A DNA stretch of 64,000 bases, taken from contig CM068749.1 of the NCBI GenBank assembly GCA_035084275.1, positions 15,190,001 to 15,254,000 of the forward strand, read 5' to 3'. This document shows, one piece after another, positions 37,495-51,699 of this stretch. Each line of letters starts with the position of its first letter. The first letter of the stretch is position 1. The notes beneath the pieces were generated by a model. It was not told the DNA's origin. It saw only the letters and a list, made by a program, of their open reading frames with translations, and ran no database searches. This DNA is from Hydrolagus colliei. Lineage: Eukaryota. Both the position numbers and the translations under genes were made by a program.

Positions 37495-37782
37495 ACCTGC
37501 TCCACGTCCCCCGACTCACCCGCCCCACATTGGCGGGCGAGCCTTTAAACACTCTGCCCCGAACCTCTGGAATTCCATCCCACAGTCCCTCCACTTCGTA
37601 CCTTCACATCCTGCCTCAAGACACTCCTCTTCAACGGTCCTATCGGTCACCCCAATCCTCCCCTTTCTCTCCACCCTTCCCGTCTCGACCCCAGCTTGGG
37701 TCTGAAACAATGACTGTCCAGCGCCTTGGGACATCTTCCTGACGTGAAAGGCGCCATACAAGCATAATTTTGTTATTGTTGT
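37495..37782 (+). mobile_element. L2 3' fragment
   Basis: Encodes IGGRAFKHSAPNLWNSIPQSL; tail GCGCCTTGGGACATCTTCCTGACGTGAAAGGCGC and (GTT)n. Confidence 0.9.
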
Positions 37783-40229
37783 AATTCCTGGCAGGAAACA
37801 ATAGATAGGTTTGGCATTCTGCACAACCGCATCTTGGTACACACAACACTGCAGTTAGGCATTTAAAAAAATATTATCAAACAGTAAGCCTGGCGCTGGT
37901 GACAGTCAACTAGAAGATTAATCACGAGAACCTGTTTCTGCTGTGGAGGTGTAGGGGATGAGAATCCAAACTTTGATTAGTGAAGTAAAAAGAGTGGTTC
38001 AGGAAAACTTCTTCTGCCAGAGCATTGTCAGAATAGGAAGTGATTTGCCCAAGGTGACTGTTAGAGCAGAGTTGATTGGGGGATATTTATAATAAACTAG
38101 CCAAAAAAAACACATGAAGAGGAAAACTGTGAGAAACAGAAAAAGTGCAGGCAATTGTGATTAGGATGGACAGCTTCTTGGGAGGAGCAAACATCTATAC
38201 AAAAAAAGTGCCTAAAAGCCGTGTGTTTGTACATTCTTGTGTACATTATGCGCCCTCCTTGTGTATGTACTGTGTTTCAGGAGTTCATGTTATTGGATTG
38301 TTTAATAACATCAAAATACAGTACAGTATATTGAAAGTTTCAGAAGGTTACCCAGTGCATTTATTCTACGTGGGTGTTCATGGCTCTTCAAAAAAACTTC
38401 CCAGGCACATCGGGATCAGGTTGTCAGATTGATTCTCTCTACCCCAATTTGCCACAATCACAAATGTGTCGTATAGGATTCATAGGTAGAGACGTCTAGC
38501 TATAGTATTGCACTACGAATGGTGGAGTTCCTGTCTCAGTTTAGTATAAAAGCTACTAAACTGCCATGATGTTTGCCTCTAAATTCCTTTCATTTGGGTC
38601 ATTCAGACATGCCATATTGCATGGCTTGACCTTCAGTAATGAGAAATTGTCTTAAGTGCCACTGATGCACTTGACTGCTCAGATAATACTTTTATTTACT
38701 GTCATTTGCCATCTGCTGTGAAACCTCCGCTGCTCTGAAACCTCTTTTGCGAGATTGAATGCATTTGATTTATGTATTAAATGTTTGAATGTGAGCTCTG
38801 CACTAAAATGAGGTCTTACAAAATTATAATTTGAGAACTATAATAAAGGAAAGAAGGAAATTGGTATAAATCAATTACTTTTTTTCACAAAAATTGACAT
38901 CTGTAAAGGTTAACAATAGGATTATCGAAAGGCAAGATAATGATTGTGCTGCCATTCACTAACTATAAGACTGAATAATTAGGTTCAATATTCTCTGAAC
39001 AATGCCACAATAACCTGATTTGATTTTAAAAAGTGCTAAATTCTAATAGCGTCATATAAGTAGATTATTGCAAGTGTGTAGTTGTATGAACTTCTGCCAG
39101 TTATGTGATTTCAAAAGCTTCATTAATTCACTAGTTTGTGAGTATATACTGTTGAAAGATAAGTGAAACCAATGAAATGAGATGAAACGATGGAGGAAAA
39201 GTGATAAATCAGTATGCTACTCCTACACTATCCTGGAGCCAATCAATAGAATACAGAGGTTGAAGGAAAACCTTGACATTTTAACACTATCCTAAACGTG
39301 AGCTAGTTTTCTAACGTACCACCGGGTTTCCAGTGTTCACACAGACCTATGACTGTTATCTTCACTTATATTCATCTGCGGTTGTGCCAATCGTGTCAAA
39401 CAGAAAGCTGGTGTGCAAACGTGATGATGTATTTTTCAGTTCAAGATGACTTTGAAAGGCTTTAAAGATTCACAAGATATAATTAATGTAATAGCAGCAT
39501 TTTGTAATTTGACAGCATTCTTAAGAAAATTACTAAATTGCTGCAATTAATAAAGCACTGAACATCTGCTGAGTTACTGTGTCCCTTTTGGAATAGATTA
39601 CATCATTTCACAGGCTTGATGTCAGATCTGTATCAGGAGTTCTGGCCTCTCATGTGAGTAGAGATCATTTCTGTAGGCATTAGGCTTCCAAAACTCATGC
39701 CTCCCTCCAAACTCCATTGGAGTTCTCATTTTCCTTCTGGATGCCCTTTTTAAGATGTTGCTGGGTACAGGTCATTAGTTATTACTGGCCATTGATCACT
39801 TCAAGATTTATGATAACCAATTTATTTCCTCAATTTTATAATTAGTTGTAATAATTGTAATATTTCAGCAGTTTTGCTGCACGTAGTGAAATGCATTGAT
39901 AAACAAACTTCCATGCTAACTCTAAATTGTTTCTAGCTCTTCCAAGAGCGCAACAAATTGGCTTAGCTTGTTCTTAGATTCCTGTATAACTGCACTTCAA
40001 TCTTACTTTCAGCATATAAGATAATTGTACAGTAACTAGATCTAAAGCTTCTAATAAATGAGAGAGACAGAAAACAAAACTCTGTTTACATTGGTGTCAT
40101 TATCACCTCCACTGTGTCTTTCAGCCAGGAGAATGGAATGGATCTCATGAACTTCTCCACAGTTGTCACAATGCATATGCTTCTTGCAGTAGAATGTCCT
40201 TCCATTGTAATATTTATTTTAATATTTAT

Positions 40230-40292
40230 TGAAGTGCTTTGGGACGTCGATAAGATGTGGAAAGCGCTATATAAATGTAAGGATTATTATTA
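40230..40292 (+). mobile_element. SINE tail fragment followed by (TA)n
   Basis: GAAGTGCTTTGGGACGTCGATAAGATGTGGAAAGCGCTATATAAATGTAAGGATTATTATTA. Confidence 0.8.
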
Positions 40293-41504
40293 TATATATA
40301 TATGATATTTTCTCCAGAGATGGAGCGTTTCACTGTTGCATTCAGCAATTCAGTGAACATGCACTAATAAGTTGCCTTTCCAAATTAGTCTAGTTTAATA
40401 TTGACATGGAATTATAAACCAGACCCATTCATTGGAAGTCCAATATATTAAAATGGTATCTATTAGAACACCATAATCTCACTCTTGCTTTACTTCAAAA
40501 AAAAATTAAGAGCTAAAGAATGACTCTGCAATATCTTTGGTACTTTTACTTCCAATAGCAATTCTGAAACGGGTATGATTCAGATATCAGCAGGCAAGCC
40601 TATTGTACAATACCCCTTGAAATGAAATGTTAAATATATAAGATCATTATAACTCTCATTTGGCTGATTTTTAAAATAACAGTGTTTGTTGAAATCATCG
40701 CATGAATTGGCTGTGAAGAATTCTTGATCCCTATGGTGTGAGCAAGATGAATTAACGTGCACCATTGTAGAGATACAATCACTGAAGCACTCTGAGTTAA
40801 TGATGCTAATTCAGCTCACTCACAATGTTCGTTCAGCTTCTGTGACTCACTTCTCATAATAAAATTATGAGCATTCATTTTTGTCCTGCTAAATAAAAGG
40901 ACACAAAGTTACTGTACCTTTTACCTTTTTAGGTGAGTGTTTTTAAAACCGTTTTGTGGCATTATAGTGGTTTATTTTCCCCTATTGTCAAACTTTCTGA
41001 CCTTTAGTATGGTTTAGAATGGGAATTCTACTTTAATGACAAGGAAGAAAAATCTGTTCTCATCAGCAAAGGTCAATCAATTTCCAAATCAGGGTGAAAA
41101 CATCTCCTCTGTTTATCTCTGCAGGCATTGCCTGGGTTTTCTTATTCTTTTCTCACCAGCTGTAAAGTTTGATTATCGAACATTTCCATTTAATTTGTGT
41201 GGATCACGGTTTTTCTGATGATGTTGAAAACAGGATCGGGTGAATTAAAGCAGTAAATTTGTATAAGCAAATGTATACCGAATATAGCATTACAAGTGAT
41301 TGTCCTGAAGTGATTGCTTTGATAATAATATAGTTATTCTATTAGAGTTATTCTATAAAGCAGTGAGCATACAGCCATTGATATTTAAATACATGGATGT
41401 GCTATGTCTGTTTTCCCAAGCACTCCAAGATGCTGACCCGCTATATAAATGCAAGTTGTTGTTGTTATGGAAACTGAATGTTGGCAATTGTCTCTTTTCT
41501 GCAG

Positions 41505-41914
41505 CCTCTCCGACTGAACTGTAATATCTGCAGCATTGTCTCCAGCTCTGGTCAGATGCTCGGACAAAAGATGGGCCAGAAAATTGACCAATCCACGTGT
41601 GTCTGGAGAATGAACAATGCACCCTCAAAGGGATTCGAGACAGATGTGGGGACAAGGACTACTGTCAGAGTGGTGTCCCACACAAGTGTCCCGCTTCTCT
41701 TCCAAAGGCAGCAATATTTCTTTGGAGAAGCAAATGACACAGTCTATGTTATCTGGGGGCCTTATAGAAACATGCGTCAGGACGGGAAAGGAATCATTTA
41801 CAATATGTTGTGGGAAATTGTGAAGAGTTACCCTCACGCAAAGATATATGTGACAACCGAGGATCGCATGAACCACTGTGATAAGATATTCAAACAGGAA
41901 ACTGGGAAAGACAG
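41505..41914 (+). CDS. ST6GALNAC3: ST6GALNAC3 coding exon 3: catalytic GT29 domain with sialylmotif L
   Basis: Acceptor tctcttttctgcag|CCT and donor AG|gtacga; 410 nt, phase 0-2. Translates PLRLNCNICSIVSSSGQMLGQKMGQKIDQSTCVWRMNNAPSKGFETDVGTRTTVRVVSHTSVPLL...WGPYRNMRQDGKG...FKQETGKDR, typical of ST6GalNAc III. Confidence 0.97.
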
Positions 41915-43478
41915 GTACGATTTGTTTTGCAACTTTTTCACTCAACGTCTAAAATCTGGGACCTTTCAATAAAATGTTCAGCTGACGCATTAGAGCGTGA
42001 TTAGAATTATAGTATCTACAAATGGATTAAACACTTAAATTAGGATATCATGTGGGCGGTTATTGTGGTGCTGGATATTTTGTCTGGCTTGTGCTAATGC
42101 TGATGTAATGACACACACTTCTTAAACTGAAATGCTTTGTCTAATGGTGAGTACAGTTTCCAGATCAGAAAGTGCCAACACTGTCCTCGTTGCTCGTTGC
42201 AGTAGCTTGTGCAGGACTCTATAGGTAACCACATAGTGATGTTGAATATATTCATCCTGAAAAAGAAAGTGATCGCACAAGATGAAGGCTTATTTCTTTG
42301 TTTCCTTTAATTGGCTCCGCTGCACGATTGTAGAATACTGCTACCAACGAAAAGGTGAGTTTAGGTGGGGAAAAAATGCATAGCAGAAAACATATCACTG
42401 AAAGGTGTATGCTTGTTTTTTAAAAAATTGTCACTACAAAAGCTTTTGCCTAGAGAGAACATGTAAGATCTCCTGCAAGAAAGTGATAGCTATTGTTTTG
42501 CAGCAGGCAGAAGTAAAGCAGTTACTCTATAGTGAGTAACTGAACATACACTAGAACATATTCTAGAATCATGCCCTTCATTTCGTTCTCCATGATGCAC
42601 CATTAGTTGGTGTTAAAGTGGTGGTGCCACAAATTTGCACGAAACCAAATGATAATTATGGTTTAGCTATTAATCCAACACTCAATGCCACATATGTCAT
42701 ATCAAATATATCTTTAGCAATTTCATTTGAACTGTTTTGATGTGGGAGTTAATTGAGCTAATCCCTATGTAATTTCATCAGATTGTTTTGTTGTTTTGAA
42801 CATTTTTGCTAAAATTCTCACTTAGCTCTAGTTTAATGGCGTGAATTTGGAAGAATAGCATGTGTAAGTGAGTTCCCTCGGAGTGCATCAACTCTATGAT
42901 TATGAAAGCTTTGGATTTGTCTGGCTTATTGTTTGCTAAGCGTCTATGTTTCTGCAGAAATAAATGAGCAGTAATAACCGAACGGCTTACATAATGAACC
43001 AAAGCAGATATATAAACCAAGATCACTTGAAACACATTGTAAGAATGGAAGTTGGCTGTACCTGATGCATTGTATTGTTTAATGTTTCCCTCTTGGCTGC
43101 CTTTGATTTTTCTCTCTTCATTTTGTACTCTCTTTGCTCTTTGCTTGTCTTTGATTTCCTGTCTATACCTTAGCTGGATTGAGTACTTTTTATCTGTTGC
43201 TTTTTCATTTTCTTTTAATCTTTGAATCCTATTGCTTTTCATCTGTTGTGTTTCTTTTACCCAACCCCCATTCTGTGCATCGAACCTCACCATCCAGGAC
43301 CTCTTCATATTGACACTGCAGTGCAGCTGCCTGTAATCCATGGACAATCTTGTGGTCATCTTGAAAGTGAGCAGGATAAGACCCTCCTGTTACCTTGATG
43401 ATTTGGTAGATTAATACGATGCTTAATGTGATGCTCAGGTTTAGAAACAAGATACTCATAATATTAATGCTGTTTTAA

Positions 43479-43533
43479 ATATGGTATATGGTATACCATA
43501 TATATACCTTATATGGTATATATATACTTATAC
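43479..43533. repeat. TATGG/TATA low-complexity tract containing an 18-bp perfect palindrome
   Basis: TATATGGTATACCATATA at 43485-43502 is its own reverse complement. Confidence 0.85.
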
Positions 43534-45689
43534 TTTTGTTGCTGTAATATGAGATATTGGTATCAGTGTGCAAGGTTAACTTTTTTAAAATTCAAATGGC
43601 TGGTCTAGGGATAACAAAAGTCTCTTTTTAAGACTTTGCAAACTTCCCTTACCCTAACCCTTCAGTACGCTTAAGGAAAAAAACAGTCTTCCCAGAAAAG
43701 CACTAAAATCAGAAATTATGAGAAATGGCAGAGAGTAAACATGAATAGGACTGCACTGTGGGTAGTAACAAGCTCTTTGGGTTCTAATTAACTTAAAGAT
43801 GCTTGCACTTCACTTAGTTTGAGATACATTAAAATGCCTCAATTGTGTTAATGTCTGGTAATACATTGCCACTCATGTTTTCATTCCAAGTGTACATCAT
43901 TCTGAGTATTAATTTCAAAGATTAAAGACTAGCTGTTGGAAACTATTTGAAAAACCTGTTTTAAAAGCATGATGGTAAATTAGAATAGATGGAGCCAATC
44001 ACGACTCATTCATTTCCTGATTTCCTGATCACTCCTGCATGATACTTAATACTTGCTGTATTTATTGAAAATTTCAGCACAGCTTAGCTTCAAAGTTTAG
44101 CTTCAAAGTAGTCAGCATAATGTCTCTGCAACTAAATATGCGTGATATGCAAAAATGAAATTTAAATAGATAAAAATGGGCATAAAAAGGCTTGCTTAAA
44201 AAGGGGCATTTCAGTTCATTCCAGTATTATATTCACTAGGATTATTTTGCACTTCTAATGCTCACTTTTATTTCACAATTGCATCTTTTTAAATTGAATG
44301 GTTTATAGAAATACTGATGAATTCTGGAATTGTATAAGATCTGGTATGAAAACTGAGCATCTAATTAAGCATCTTCTGCAGAACTGATCCATCGTGGCAC
44401 AAATGGACTGCATATAACGGGAGTGCAAAATGGGCTGTGTGCTGTGATACTTATCATCAGTGATAATCATATAGTACATTTTCCCAACAATATTGGAAAT
44501 CACCTCCAGGTGTATTTACATGTATGTCACACCATCCACTTTCACAGGGATTCTATAACACCTGAGAAGAATAAATCACTTCTACAGGGTTATTCTTCAT
44601 GGGAAGCTGAAAATTTAACAAAGCATCATATGGAACAAAGAGATGCGCTGTGGTCTGAGATCAAGCTGTAACTAATAACCAAGCTTTATTATTTACGCGT
44701 TCCTTTATTATTTAGGTATTTATTCTTGAACTACAGGAAGCCTGTTTTATGATGCATACCTATATTGCCAAGATCACGGTCTGGGTATTTAATACTACCA
44801 TCTGGTGTTACCCAATTATCAGTGTGTCTATCACTTATGTTGTGTTTATACGGCAGGTCTTCATGATTTTTCACAACAATACATTAGAGATCAAGTCCAA
44901 AGTCATTTGGGTTCTTTTCATTTCAGTTGGTCCAGGTTGTAAACCATTCTGCAGTTTAATTAAAAAGTTAAATTTCACATGTATCCCAGATCAGCAGAAT
45001 TAACTGCAAAACGCAGCCCTGATTAGTGGTAAACGGTATGCACACCATTTTTAGTTGAATACTCCAAAACAAATAATCTTGACTAATAAATGGGTCACTT
45101 TTGTAACATTCACAGTCGACCTGATTCTCCAACAGAACAAGTGATTTCAAATCCCAATGAGAAAACCTGTGTGTTTGTGCCCCTTCGGGTAACAAAAACT
45201 GCACAATCCATACAGAATAAACAGCGCCTGCACATATGCTATAAGTAGAAATACACTTGAGGGTTGGGATGATTGTGCGAAGTATGAGAGTGAAGCTTGA
45301 GCTCTACCAAGTACTGAGGCAATATTACAACCTTGAATGCACTCCAAAACATGTTAATGCCAATGCAGTTTTTGTTGAGCTTTCTTGTTAGTTTCATATC
45401 CAGTTTTTGTATTGTCTTTTGTCACCATATTGCTGGCCATTTTGGATTGTATATTTGTCTGTGTGGCTCTGCATTACATGACATGAACATTATAATGCTG
45501 GATCAAGACTGTTAATGTGGACAGTACAAGTTAAGAAATAATTACTTTTGAGGAGGTATGACATTTATGTCTTACAGATAGTTATAAACCATTCCTGTAC
45601 AAGGCCTGGTGTGCACCAAGACAGCTGAACAAGAGGATACAAGTTTAGGGTTGAAAAGGGTATTTTTAGAGCATACAAGGAGTATAGTA

Positions 45690-46065
45690 GACAAGGCATA
45701 CAGTGCTCTTGTCATGCTGGACCTAGAGGACTGCATACAGTCCTGGTCACTGTAATGTAAAGTGGCTCACACAATAGACTCAATGAAGTGGAGAGCAACG
45801 AGGATAACTTAGGATACAGAAAGACGCTGTCAGCAATAATTAGGCAAGCTAGAGTTCTTCAGCTTTGAAATGAGATGTCTCAGAGCGGATTTTTATAGAG
45901 ACATACAAGATTTTAAATGAGAATGAGAAAGTAGACCCTGAACATTACTTTGGGACGCACCAAGATAGCAAGACAAACGGATACAGGTTTCAGCTTGCAA
46001 AGGGCAATTGCAAGACAGATAGCAGGGATTATTTATTTATTCATTATTTATTAATGACGGGAACA
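45690..46065 (+). mobile_element. Degenerate CR1 LINE ORF2 3' fragment
   Basis: Remnants resembling LEYCVQFWSP (GACCTAGAGGACTGCATACAGTCCTGGTCA) and LFSLEKRRLRGDLIE-YKI (TTCTTCAGCTTTGAAATGAGATGTCTCAGAGCGGAT...TACAAGATT). Confidence 0.75.
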
Positions 46066-49000
46066 AGTTTTTTTTCCTCTAATTACATTGTCTGTAATTA
46101 TGAGCAATGTTATAGGCACTATTGAATTCTTTATTTACAATTCTGCATCCAACATTATATTTATGTTTCCAAAATGGATACTAAATGTAAAAAAAATCAA
46201 ATACAACAATTATTATTATTTAATTGTGACATTATTCAAATAGTATCATATGATCACCTGTTCATATTCCACCAAAATACTGTCCCATCAATATACTGTA
46301 TATACATGGATTGTTGTTGAAGCAACATTTCAGTCAAACTCTTTGAGTATTCCCTGCACGTTGTCCTATTATTAATGCTAGTCCAAGCAGTGTCACCTTT
46401 ATACAGTACTATCTATATTTTATCCGCGAGTCATTTGCAACTCTAGTTGTTACATGCAATATTAATTGTGGAAGCCTACAATCTTTTGTCAGTAAATACT
46501 CTGTTGGCCAGTGCTGTTTTCTGATCTGGAAAGTCACGTTATGAATTATTTGTTGTACCATTGTTATTCAGTGATTAATTATTAATCTGAACCCCATTTT
46601 TACAATCCAGTACTAATTGGTCACTGTACTAATTGTAGAAAAATATCTTATTAAGTTTTCAACTTCATGGTCGGATGGCAGTACATTTATGTAAAATATA
46701 AAGAAAAATGAAGATAGCTATATTAACCAAGTGAAATCCTAAAGATTTACTACAGACATGTGTGTTTCATCGTAGATTCGCTTCACTTCAATTGCTTATT
46801 TTGACCTGTTCTAGAGCATTTTATGAGAGCTATCCCCGGTTTCTGCGTTATTTACAAAAAAAAAGGCCCTAGTATTTCTTTGACAGTCCCTACATGGTTG
46901 TTTGCCAGTTATTAACAAGCACATTATATAAATTTTCAATCCAAATCCTACCAAAAGAAACAACAGGAGCTGAATCTATTTTCAGCAAAAAGAAGACTAA
47001 TGCCGTACTGTGTTGCCATTCTGCTTTCGAGTTGCATTATCAGATTAAAGTAGAAATATTTTTGGATATATTTTTGACGAATTCTCTATTCAGCAGTAAA
47101 TAAAGTGCTACAGTTCCCCTCACCCTTCCCCTCCCACCATCCCCAAATTGAAATATTATGCTTGATGGGCTAGAGTGCCAGCACAAGTGAGAGCAGTTCT
47201 AATAGTTAGTAGGCAGTTGGCCTCAGTGAGTGACTTAAGTCTGCAAAGGAACAAAGCCAACTGATGTCACAAGGCACAGTCTGCCCTGTGCTGAAAACAG
47301 ATGAAAGCTTTCAAAATAATTCATGCTCCAGGGTACAATATGGGCAGCGGCGTTCAGGCTTTGCTTGCAAGACAAAAATGACCTTGAAGGTGCTAAAAAT
47401 GACCGTGTAGTTTGGCTTTAGGCATTTTTACACATGCCTCTGTCATTCCTGTAACCTCTAGGTCCATTATAAACTGGTGTAGCCCTCAATTACGGCCAAT
47501 ATTTGCATATGTGTACCCTGGGGCTAAGATTCTAATCATGACTGCCTGAAAAGCGGCTATGTGGTGGAAAATTGAATGTACCATTGATTGCTAATTGACT
47601 TGCTGGAAATAGATCTGCGTAACTAAGGAAACAAAAATGTTTATCATCCAACAGAAATTATTGCTTATTTCATCTTTTCTTCCTTCATGTTGAATTGAAT
47701 CTCATGGCAAACTGCATACTGCTGCTTCTTAGCTTTGTGTGGTAAGCCTTATTTATCCATTTTGTTTTACCTAACTAACTTCAAAAGTAGAATTATGCGC
47801 AGCCTGAACTTTGGTGTATTTGGTTATGACATATTCATGGCTTTTGGGATTACACAGTGCTGTCAGTCCAAATGACTCCATTTGTTGGAATCAGTAGGAT
47901 GCATAGAAGACATGGATCTACATGATAATCCACATTTATGCTACCAAATAGAAAACATTGTAAATAAATTATTTAAACCATTAACACTGGTCATCGAAGT
48001 TAGGAAATAGTTTGTTGCTACACACATCAATATAGTTTCTATATGTGAATTCTATAGCTCAACTTATCAGAATTTATCCACAATATTATAAGTATATAAC
48101 ATATAGTATGATGTTTAACACAGGAGAAAACTCACAAGCAGCACCACTGAAAGGGTTAATTCATTAGTGCTGGTACGAGAAAATATGTGACGTTATTGGA
48201 AGAATAAAATGTGATACTTAGCAATAACTGGTTAGCAACCAGGAGCCACATCTTTTCACTGCATCAGGACTAAATCAATAGGTTTTTTTTATATACAGAA
48301 CTCGTAGCTGAGTTTGATTGCCAGTTCAGTGCAACTCTATTGGACTCTTGGGAGTTTGATGTGTCAAGTGTTGTCTCAACATCATGTAGAATGCATCTTT
48401 CAACAGAATGGGACTAAATTCCTGACATGGGTTGTTTGGGATCTTGTTAGTTTTGAGTTTGATTGCTGGTTAATTTTGATTACATTTGCCTGTAATGGAT
48501 AAACAGTGGTGTTCAGAGGTGTTGACGTTTCCCAGCCCCGTATACCTTCTAATTAGTATTCAGGACAGAAGTTATGCATTTTCCATAAGATTCCTTATGG
48601 GGCAACTTCTCATTGCTGTCCAGTGGCTATCATCAGCAGAACGGCTCCTCATAGAGAGGAGACACCCCAATATTTTAAATTACGAATATGTGCCACGAGG
48701 CAATAGAATTATTAAGTGCCCTTTTTGTAACATTGCCAAGATAAAAAACAGTGTAATGGTGCAATACAATACTCGTTTCTTCCTTTTAAAGAAATATTTG
48801 AAATACAACTCTATGAAGTACCTCCAAACTATCTATCAAGATGAAGAGAAAGAGTGGATGCGACCAGACAGGTAATCTATCGGTTGTTTATCATGCAATG
48901 TGCTGACTCTTGTCTCCTTAGCACAGAGTGATATTCAGCTGGTACATCGTTGTTCACAACCATGGCAGAGCAATATATTTTCGGTAAAAGCCATCAGCAC

Positions 49001-51124
49001 CTTAATACTTTACAGAATGTAGTTACAATGTGTTCTTCATTGGTAGCATAAAACAGATTGTGCTGTAGATGTTTTGCTTTCCTGTGAAACAAACTCAGCC
49101 GGATTGCAACGGCTGGAATTACAGCACAGCCACCAAGCATCGTTCAAAGCTACTGTTCAGAACATGTTGTATTAAGTAAGCACATCAGGTGATAGTCTGT
49201 GAAAAACATCACATGATTTTAACCTAAGACAAAATAACTCATGAGAGTCACACATTTAAGTACAGCCTGCCAAGGTCCATTTAGAAACTTGGGTGATATG
49301 TTTTACAATCTAGTGCTGACCAATGCAAATCACATTCATTTCAAGAGCTGCATTTAAAAAATCTTTCTGCAGTCCCCATAAATCTTAATAATCAGACTGT
49401 ACATGGGATTCAATAGTAGTTAATGGGTTTTAATTTAGGCCTGAGAATCAATTGCAAAAGAAAAGCTCGCTCCATCCCAGCTCAGCCTTCACTGCCCCAC
49501 AGAATTAAAGCGTAATATTATATATGCAAGTGCTCCTAATCCACAATTCATTTCATCAGCTATGACATGACATATACAGTTCAATTAAGGGTGATTTATG
49601 ATGGGGTTAGTCAAATTCCTGATGGTCACAGTGGCACTCATTAAAGGCTAAGATTCGATTTAAAATATAATTCTATCAAAAACAATTTCACCAAATGAAA
49701 AAAAACAGTATAGTAGTTCAGAAAACATTTTGCTCAAGTGTGTAACTTCTCCCAGCCAGCTATATTCTTCAGGAGTTCACAATTCAGCTGAATTTAATCT
49801 AAGCCACCATTATCCCTTTCAATTCTTTTGTATCTAATATCAAGAATTCCCTTATGTCTTCTTTGGGGATTTAATTTATGCAAAACATACCGACTTCTGA
49901 GATGAATGATATGTGGAATTCTGCATTTTAACATAAAATAGTTCAAAGCCTTTTGACGATTGTGAATTTTGCTGACGTTATCTGCTGGATGCCTAAGGTG
50001 AGAAAACTTGGAACTTGAAGCCCAAGAGTTCAAATGGTTGAATTGTTATCTCGAAAAGTTGTGCATTACAGAGCTCGGTGCATAGAGTTCAGATCCACCT
50101 GTCTCTGAAAGTAGTTTGCTTCAGTTAGATGAATTATTTCAGCTCTCAGCTGAACTAGATGAAATACAAGATGAAATCAAGTTTTCGGAGGAAGTGAGAG
50201 GCTAACTGAATGGCTTGGGCTTTGAATGGCTTGCTTACCACCTGGCCTTGGAGCAGTGTTGACAATGGCAACGTTTTAGATGGTCTGACACTTGGGTGGA
50301 GGAAGAATCTTAAGATAATTAGGGAGGACTGGAAGAAAAATTTCACAGGGTTGGTTAGATAGAATTGTTCCAGGCTTGTATCCATGTACCGTTCATTCGA
50401 GAGTTAGATGATGAATTTCACTTGATTTATAAAACGTTATAATTATTTAACTCATTTCAAGAACTTAAGCTGCCTCATACAGAGTAAATGCGTCATGAGC
50501 ATACAAGTGGATTGAAATATAATTTATGAGCTTTAAGCTTTTCCAGATGGGGGAAGATTAGTTACCCTCTCACTCGCAGGTTTCTGGCTGGAATATTGTT
50601 ACTTTCTCATTCATCGTGCAAGAGTTAGCAATTCACAGTGTCAAAGATGTACCTTCTTTTATGTCACATTTTGATTAATTTTTTTGGTATCAAACTGCAG
50701 TGTAGTGTAATGGATAAGCTGATAACTAGCTTCTTCATTAGACAGGAACATCTGTGTGCCAGGGTACAATATATATTCAAAACATTCCCACAAACATAAT
50801 ATGGAGATTATTCATAATTCCTGGACAAATTATACTAACAAACAAGGTTTATTTTTTGCCTTGGGATGTAGGGTTCCGATGGATATACTGTAGGTAGATT
50901 GATTGATCTGCATTATAATGTGGTAATGTTTTGTTCGTTCAAAAACCACTCTATTATGAGAAAAAAAGGGCTTGGGTGACCTTAGTAAATGATCCTGAAA
51001 CATGCAATAGTCTAACATTCTCCTTTCCTTATGTCCTTGGATTGCAACGCTCTCATATCTGTATGTCATAACATCCAGTGGACGTGGATTTCTAGTGCAT
51101 TGCTTATACACATTTCCAATATGA

Positions 51125-51699
51125 GTTGAATGCACGCGTACATCACCTCAAGGCTGGACTATGGAAACTCTCTCCTCGTCGGCCTCCCCAGTTCCTCCAT
51201 TCACAGGCTGCAGGTCATCCAAAACTCTGCAGCCCGTGTATTATCCCGCACCCGCCTCCGCGACCATATAACCCCCACCCTCGCCCGTCTCCACTGGCTC
51301 CCCATTCTCCAGAGGATCGAGTTCAAGATCCTCGTCCTCACCTTCAAGGCCTTACACGGCCTTGCCCTGCCCTATTTAACCAATTTACTTTCCCCCTACA
51401 AGCCCACCCGGACCCTCCGTTCAACAGGAGGGTCCGGCCCCACCAAGCCCCCCGCCCGAACCGCCCCACCATCGGAGGCCGGGCCTTCAGTTTCTCCGCT
51501 CCCACCCTATGGAATACCATCACCCAATCCCTCCGTCTCGTTTCTTCCCTTTCCTCTTTCAAGGCCGGTTTGAAGACTTTCCTCTTCGACCGTGCCTTTT
51601 GTTCCAACCCGAATTTTTCGACCTCCACTTCGTGTCTCACCCCTTCCCAAACACTCCCCTCCCAGCTCGGGTCACAGCCTCCTGTTGTTGTTGTTGTTG
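51125..51699 (+). mobile_element. Young 5'-truncated L2 LINE: ORF2 C-terminus plus partial 3' UTR
   Basis: [19 protein letters not shown]...[13 protein letters not shown]...[38 protein letters not shown], then after a frameshift [14 protein letters not shown]...[10 protein letters not shown]; these are characteristic L2 motifs; (GTT)n end; CpG-rich. Confidence 0.95.

Noticed and set aside
41552-41945. Antisense and alternative-frame ORFs over exon 3
   Set aside because: Shadow ORFs of the real coding exon with no independent signals.
42778-43359. 193-aa minus-strand ORF
   Set aside because: Its K/E/R-rich part simply mirrors a T/C-rich tract; no recognisable domain or splice context.
48792-48871. 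Candidate 80-nt poison exon in intron 3 (ttccttttaaag| ... CAG|gtaatc)
   Set aside because: Weak AAG acceptor and no independent support; such site pairs occur by chance in long introns.
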